A DNA stretch of 64,000 bases from the NCBI GenBank assembly GCA_964035545.1, contig OZ037767.1, forward strand, positions 2,429,680-2,493,679. The letters are read 5' to 3'. Numbering within the stretch: position 1 is the stretch's first letter; every line of letters begins with the position of its first letter. The notes under the pieces are model-generated. The model was not told the DNA's origin, did not search any database, and was given only the letters and a program-made list of their open reading frames with translations. The stretch comes from Bugula neritina. Taxonomy: Eukaryota; Animalia; Bryozoa. The position numbers were made by a program, and so were the translations under genes. Positions 63,213 to 64,000 of the stretch are shown in pieces.

Positions 63213-63570
63213 TGTTTCCTAGCAACAGCAAGAACAAATGTCACACAGTGTCACTGTATCCTAGCAACAGCAAGAACACATGTCACACAGTGTCACTGTA
63301 TCCTAGCAACAGCAAGAACACATGTCACACAGTGTCACTGTTTCCTAGCAACAGCAAGAACAAATGTCACACAGTGTCACTGTATCCTAGCAACAGCAAG
63401 AACACATGTCACACAGTGTCACTGTATCCTAGCAACGATATTACATGTCACACAGTGTAACTATATCCTAGCAACAGCAAGATCACATGTCACACAGTGT
63501 CACTGTATCCTAGCAACGATATTACATGTCACACAGTGTCACTGTATCCTAGCAACGATATCACATGTCA
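63213..63570. repeat. 42/39-bp tandem repeat x9 containing the acceptor of the first coding exon of RALGAPB
   Basis: CTAG cores at 63219, 63261, 63303, 63345, 63387, 63429, 63468, 63510 and 63549. Confidence 0.95.
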
Positions 63571-64000
63571 TAAAACACTTAAAGTCTTAGAAATACGCAA
63601 AAAAATATCTTCCCAAAAAAGTAACAGGTGGTTCAAATTAAAATCATGTTCAATTTTGCTTTAAACCATGGGGATGAATACATCGGGACAACAAAAAGAT
63701 AGACAACCTGACTCACCTTTTAGCGGGTGAAGTCCAAGGTCAAGGTTGAGAGTGGTAATATCAATCTTATATATCAATTATAGCTACATTCAATAGATCT
63801 GCAATTACACAAAACTAGTTAACGAGAATAATACTAAAATTGCAACCTAACTTAATTCAAGATATGTGTACACAAAATTTATTATAAAATTAATTTATTT
63901 AGGCATTCAGCCCTCAAACAGTCTGTAGATGATAGCTAAGATAAATGTATATATTTGAATACCACATAAATGTAAAGTGTCAGAAATGTTTTAGATTGCA

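Noticed and set aside
63147-63590. 147-aa plus-strand Cys/His-rich repetitive ORF
   Set aside because: It is a translation of the 42/39-bp repeat (units divisible by 3), has a GTG start and is antisense to RALGAPB.

Overview
AT-rich, intron-containing animal (invertebrate, probably spiralian) genomic DNA. All five protein-coding genes are on the minus strand, and I reconstructed their exons by hand from splice signals and reading-frame phase. They are: an SV2/SVOP-like MFS transporter (1274-10559, 12 coding exons), tyrosine aminotransferase TAT (17192-22398, 8 exons), a single-cysteine-cluster Toll-like receptor (26332-31664, 6 exons), glycine N-methyltransferase GNMT (33994-38995, 6 exons) and RALGAPB (42765-63200, about 29 exons). 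A truncated, frameshifted duplicate of the transporter's last three exons lies at 13557-15490. An intron-containing tRNA-Arg(TCT) is on the plus strand at 32806-32891. Non-coding DNA holds a dispersed tRNA-headed SINE-like family, a MITE and many minisatellites, several of which are tandem copies of an adjacent splice site. The most striking observation is in the TAT 3' UTR (16769-17018). It is a dense array of six perfect seed matches plus several degenerate sites for the miR-22/miR-745/miR-980 microRNA family. Most sites have the t1A anchor and 3'-supplementary pairing around a central bulge, which is the architecture of a natural miRNA sponge or target-directed miRNA degradation trigger. 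The array is bracketed by proximal and distal poly(A) signals.
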